In this document: in pieces, positions 60,607 to 64,000 of the stretch | Layout of the letters: each line of letters opens with the position of its first letter | How positions within the stretch are numbered: position 1 is the first letter of the stretch | Assembly: GCA_054600435.1 (NCBI GenBank) | Contig: BAAIJX010000010.1 | Location: 372,001-436,000 of the forward strand | Reading direction: 5' to 3' | Length of the DNA: 64,000 bases | Source: Neophaeotheca triangularis | Lineage: Eukaryota | Made by a program: the position numbers and the translations under genes | Notes under the pieces: model-generated | Database searches by the model: none | What the model saw: the letters and a program-made list of their open reading frames with translations, nothing else | What the model was told of the DNA's origin: nothing

Positions 60607-60953
60607 CTTGGCAAACGCATCCCGCAACTAGCGTCGCCCTCAAACCGACAAATTGGCAATCGACAACACTAACCAGCCCTCAAAAGTTAGATAAGAAGCC
60701 GCCAACTGCTCATAAGGTACCGTGCCGTGCTACCCTACCCAGCCTTGAGAGCAAATAGACACCCCCCCCCCCCCCTCCGTTCCTCCAATGCCATGCCATG
60801 GTATCGTACTAGCAACAAAAGGCGCTACGCTATGCAAAACCCTTCCAGAACCCGCGACAAAACGAAACCACAGGACTCCATTCCCAATTTGCCACGATAA
60901 ACGACACGCACGCCGCGCTCCGCCGTCGTCTTCAACGTGCCACGATCCCGTTA

Positions 60954-62990
60954 TCAAGTAGAAGAGTACCCACTGGCCTCGACCTCCTGCAAACTGCCAT
61001 CGAGATCCACATCCATGCCCTCCATACCCTCCTCCTCCTCGGCATCAGCATCCACATCCTGCGTCTCATCGAGCACACTGACGCCACCACCATCAAAACC
61101 CCCTCCAACCCCGCCATCACCCGCACCCCCGCCATCCCTCCTCACCTTCTTGGCCCCCCTTCTCCTTCCCACCCCGGCGCTCCCCTCCTTCCTCTCCCTC
61201 ACAGCCCTCAACCGCCGTCCCAAACCCTCGTCCACGACCCCCTCGACCTCATCCGCCCCTTCAACTCGCTGATCCCTAAGCTCCCCCAACGCCCTGTTGA
61301 GCAAATCACTCGCGACCGGGTCCTGGGGCGCGACAGCCAGAGCCTCATGCAACGCAACTACAGCCTCGAAATATAATTCCAACTCCATGAGAACAAGCGC
61401 TTTTGACGAAAAGACTCCAGCGTCTTTGAGACCGAGGCGGAGACACTCTTCGTAAGTTTCCAGCGCTTGGTCGAGAGCTCCGGAGCGGCGGTAAGCGTGG
61501 GCGAGGTTCAAGCGGGTCGGGGCGGTGGATTGAGGGGGCGAGCCGTTGTCGGAGGATATTTGCAAAGCGAGGGTGAAAGTGCGGATTGCCGATGGGTAGT
61601 CGTCTTCCATGTAGGCGACGACGCCGAGTTCGTTGAGGAGGAGGGGGTCGCGGTCGCAGAGGGCGTAGGCAGCCGAGAGGTATTCGCGGGCGACACCGAG
61701 CTCACCTAAAGCGATTTCTTGCATTCCTAGGAAGAGCTGTGGGAGGTGCGTGCCTTGGAAGAGGCGTGCGGCGGTGCTGTAGGCGGCGACGGCTTGGTCG
61801 TTTTCGCCCTCGGCTGCGAAGGTGTGCGCGAAACCGATCCAGGCGGGGCCGAAGTGCGGGTCCATTAGCGAGGCTTTGGAGAAGTAAGAACGGGCTTCGG
61901 GGATGCGGGAGGTGCTGAGATAGTAGGTGCCGACCGCTAGCCAGGTTGTGGGGGAGTCCGGGTGGGTGTCGGCAAGGTCGTGGGCGAGGGCGAACAGAGC
62001 GGTACTGGCCGAAGAAGCGTGGAGAAGGGCGATGTGGAGGGGGAGGGTTGAAGGGTTGTAGGGGTCTGACGAGAGGATGCGCGTGGTCAGTTGAAGGGCT
62101 GCTGGGGTTTGGGAGGCCGCTGCGAGGGATTCGGCTCGGGCTAGAAGGATGTCTGGGTTGTTCTGGAGGTGATAGTGAGTGCTGAGGGTTTCTATGGCGG
62201 TTGTGAAAGTCTCAGGTCGAGCGTATTTGGAGAGGCGGGTGGTGTAGAGTTGGCGGGTGAAGTCAGCGGCTTCCGGGGCGGAGTTGTCGGAAGGGTTGAC
62301 GGTGTCGAAGTCCAGCGATTCGAGAAAGTCCCACTCTTCCCCAGGTGCCATGAGAGAGTTCTTCATGAGTTGATCGAAGGCTTCAAAGCATTGAACATCG
62401 ATTCCTACGGCGTCTTTGTAGCACTGCTTTGCCTTGTCGAAAGCGTTGTGTTTGGCATGGCACAAGCCGCGTAAATGGCACATTGCGGCTTCGTATTTGA
62501 AGTTCTTGCTGTCCTCCTTGTCTCGCTCCTCGCTTCGATCCATGCGCTCCGTCCTGTGCGGCTGCTTACCACCTTTCTTCGAATGAACGCCATTGGTGAC
62601 ATGCTGCAGTTTCCGCCGTGCAGAGTCTGTAGTTGTGACGAGGTGAACGGGGTTCTTATCACCGAGCAATGCTAGCGCGTCCTCGTGTCGGTCTTGTTTG
62701 ATGTAGCAGTGGGCGGCGAGATACTTGCAGGCGGGGGAACGAGATAGAAGGTCGGGTTTGGCAACAAAGGATAGAGCGCGAGTGTAGTTCCCGGCCAGGA
62801 AATGGGCTTGCGCCAGCTCGTAAGCGTCTTCGTCCGAGTCTGCTGAGTATGAGCTTTGCTTTCTCGTCAAGTGATTGTGTCGGGGACGCGCACTTGTCAA
62901 GGCTAGCAACTTGTCGCCGACAAAGATTGCTGTGTGATGTTCATGATTGCTGAGGGCATCTTTACGCCAGTTGCGTAGATATGTCTCCAT
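60954..62990 (-). CDS. CDC16: Anaphase-promoting complex TPR subunit Apc6 (Cdc16/Cut9)
   Basis: Exons 62990-62894 and 62839-60954. Motifs: LRNWRKDAL, AIFVGDKLLALT|NS, WLAVGTYY, ARSYFSKASLMDPHFGPAWIGFAHTFAAEGENDQA, DPLLLNELGVV. Confidence 0.95.
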   Translation of the reverse strand: METYLRNWRKDALSNHEHHTAIFVGDKLLALTSARPRHNHLTRKQSSYSADSDEDAYELAQAHFLAGNYTRALSFVAKPDLLSRSPACKYLAAHCYIKQDRHEDALALLGDKNPVHLVTTTDSARRKLQHVTNGVHSKKGGKQPHRTERMDRSEERDKEDSKNFKYEAAMCHLRGLCHAKHNAFDKAKQCYKDAVGIDVQCFEAFDQLMKNSLMAPGEEWDFLESLDFDTVNPSDNSAPEAADFTRQLYTTRLSKYARPETFTTAIETLSTHYHLQNNPDILLARAESLAAASQTPAALQLTTRILSSDPYNPSTLPLHIALLHASSASTALFALAHDLADTHPDSPTTWLAVGTYYLSTSRIPEARSYFSKASLMDPHFGPAWIGFAHTFAAEGENDQAVAAYSTAARLFQGTHLPQLFLGMQEIALGELGVAREYLSAAYALCDRDPLLLNELGVVAYMEDDYPSAIRTFTLALQISSDNGSPPQSTAPTRLNLAHAYRRSGALDQALETYEECLRLGLKDAGVFSSKALVLMELELYFEAVVALHEALAVAPQDPVASDLLNRALGELRDQRVEGADEVEGVVDEGLGRRLRAVRERKEGSAGVGRRRGAKKVRRDGGGAGDGGVGGGFDGGGVSVLDETQDVDADAEEEEGMEGMDVDLDGSLQEVEASGYSST

Positions 62991-63432
62991 GTTTACCGCC
63001 TCAATCAAGCTTCAAGATTGCTTTGGATCAACGAGTGAGGGGGAAGTCATGCGCTTTGGAAGGGATGCCTGGTAGAAACTGCTCAAAGGTTAGTACTAGT
63101 AGTTTGGAATGGAATTGAAAGGGTAAAATTAGATACGCAACGGGGCAGTACGAACCTGTAGTAAAGCGAAAGAGGTAAGAAGGAGGCCTGACCTCAGGTG
63201 CCATGTCTGAGGTTGATTGTTGACGCGCCAAAACTACCCCCGGCTTTAGACGGCGATACCTTACGATAAGGAAGCTTATCTATCTCGGCTGACCTGACTG
63301 ATGAGTCGTCAGTCGCCCTCACCTTTACAAACCACCTCCTCCTTTGCTTCAGTTCCCTCATCACTCAAAACATAAACTCAGCCAACCGGCGACTTACTCT
63401 TCACCAAAACCCACCCATATAAATCACCCAAC

Positions 63433-64000
63433 ATGGCCGAACGCAAAGTCCTCACCAAATACTATCCCCCAGACTTTGACCCCTCCAAACTCGAGAAGCG
63501 CAAAAAAGGACCGAAGCAAGTCGGTCCCAAACAGCAAGTCGTCCGCCTCATGGCGCCTTTCAGCATGAAATGCACCTCTTGCGGCGAATACATCTACAAA
63601 GGGCGCAAATTCAACGCGCGCAAAGAAACTACCGAGGAGAAATACCTCTCCATTACAATCTTCCGGTTCTACATCCGCTGCACCCGATGTTCCTCCGAGA
63701 TAACGTTCAGAACCGACCCCAAGGGCATGGACTATGAGTGCGAGAGGGGAGCGCGTAGAAATTTCGAGATGTGGAGGCAGCCCGGGGTGCAACAGGTGGA
63801 GACGGAAGAGGAGATGCTGGAGCGAGTGAGGCAGCAGGAGGAAGAGCGCGATCCCATGAAGGAGCTGGAGCAGAAGACGCACGATGCGAAGCGCGAGATG
63901 GAGATTGCGGATAAGCTCGATGAGATCCGAACTGCGAACGCTCAGAGGGAGAGGGTGGGAAGGGAGGGGGCTGGGGTGGTTATGGTTAGGGATAGTCGCG
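63433..64000 (+). CDS. YJU2: Splicing factor Yju2/Cwc16 (CCDC94); runs off the window end
   Basis: [75 protein letters not shown]. Confidence 0.95.
   Translation, partial: MAERKVLTKYYPPDFDPSKLEKRKKGPKQVGPKQQVVRLMAPFSMKCTSCGEYIYKGRKFNARKETTEEKYLSITIFRFYIRCTRCSSEITFRTDPKGMDYECERGARRNFEMWRQPGVQQVETEEEMLERVRQQEEERDPMKELEQKTHDAKREMEIADKLDEIRTANAQRERVGREGAGVVMVRDSR

Overview
Gene-dense, intron-containing window from a filamentous ascomycete. Short GT-AG introns with CTRAC-type branch points and the SdhC sequence style suggest a Dothideomycete; this is inference. It carries about 19 protein-coding genes. Recognisable ones are Lot5/ICln, an SDR sugar reductase, WDR83, septin CDC12, PWP2, TIM22, a Zn2Cys6 TF, GTR1, CYK3, CysRS, URC4-like, SDH3, CDC16 and YJU2. 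I found no tRNA, rRNA, CRISPR or intact transposon. The most unusual feature is a ~150-aa protein module I do not recognise, present about six times. Three tandem copies form one spliced gene (43526-45473), joined by two homologous 53-nt phase-1 introns. A single-module paralog lies at 58602, and two decayed copies lie at ~59.8-60.6 kb. Other observations: a 111-codon open in-frame extension behind the URC4 stop; a predicted mitochondrial presequence on CysRS; two stop-free 54-nt introns, one GC-AG; Met at the SdhC A84-equivalent site; and a recurrent C-rich then G-rich sense-strand skew at gene 3' ends. All splice models and family calls were made by eye, without searches.
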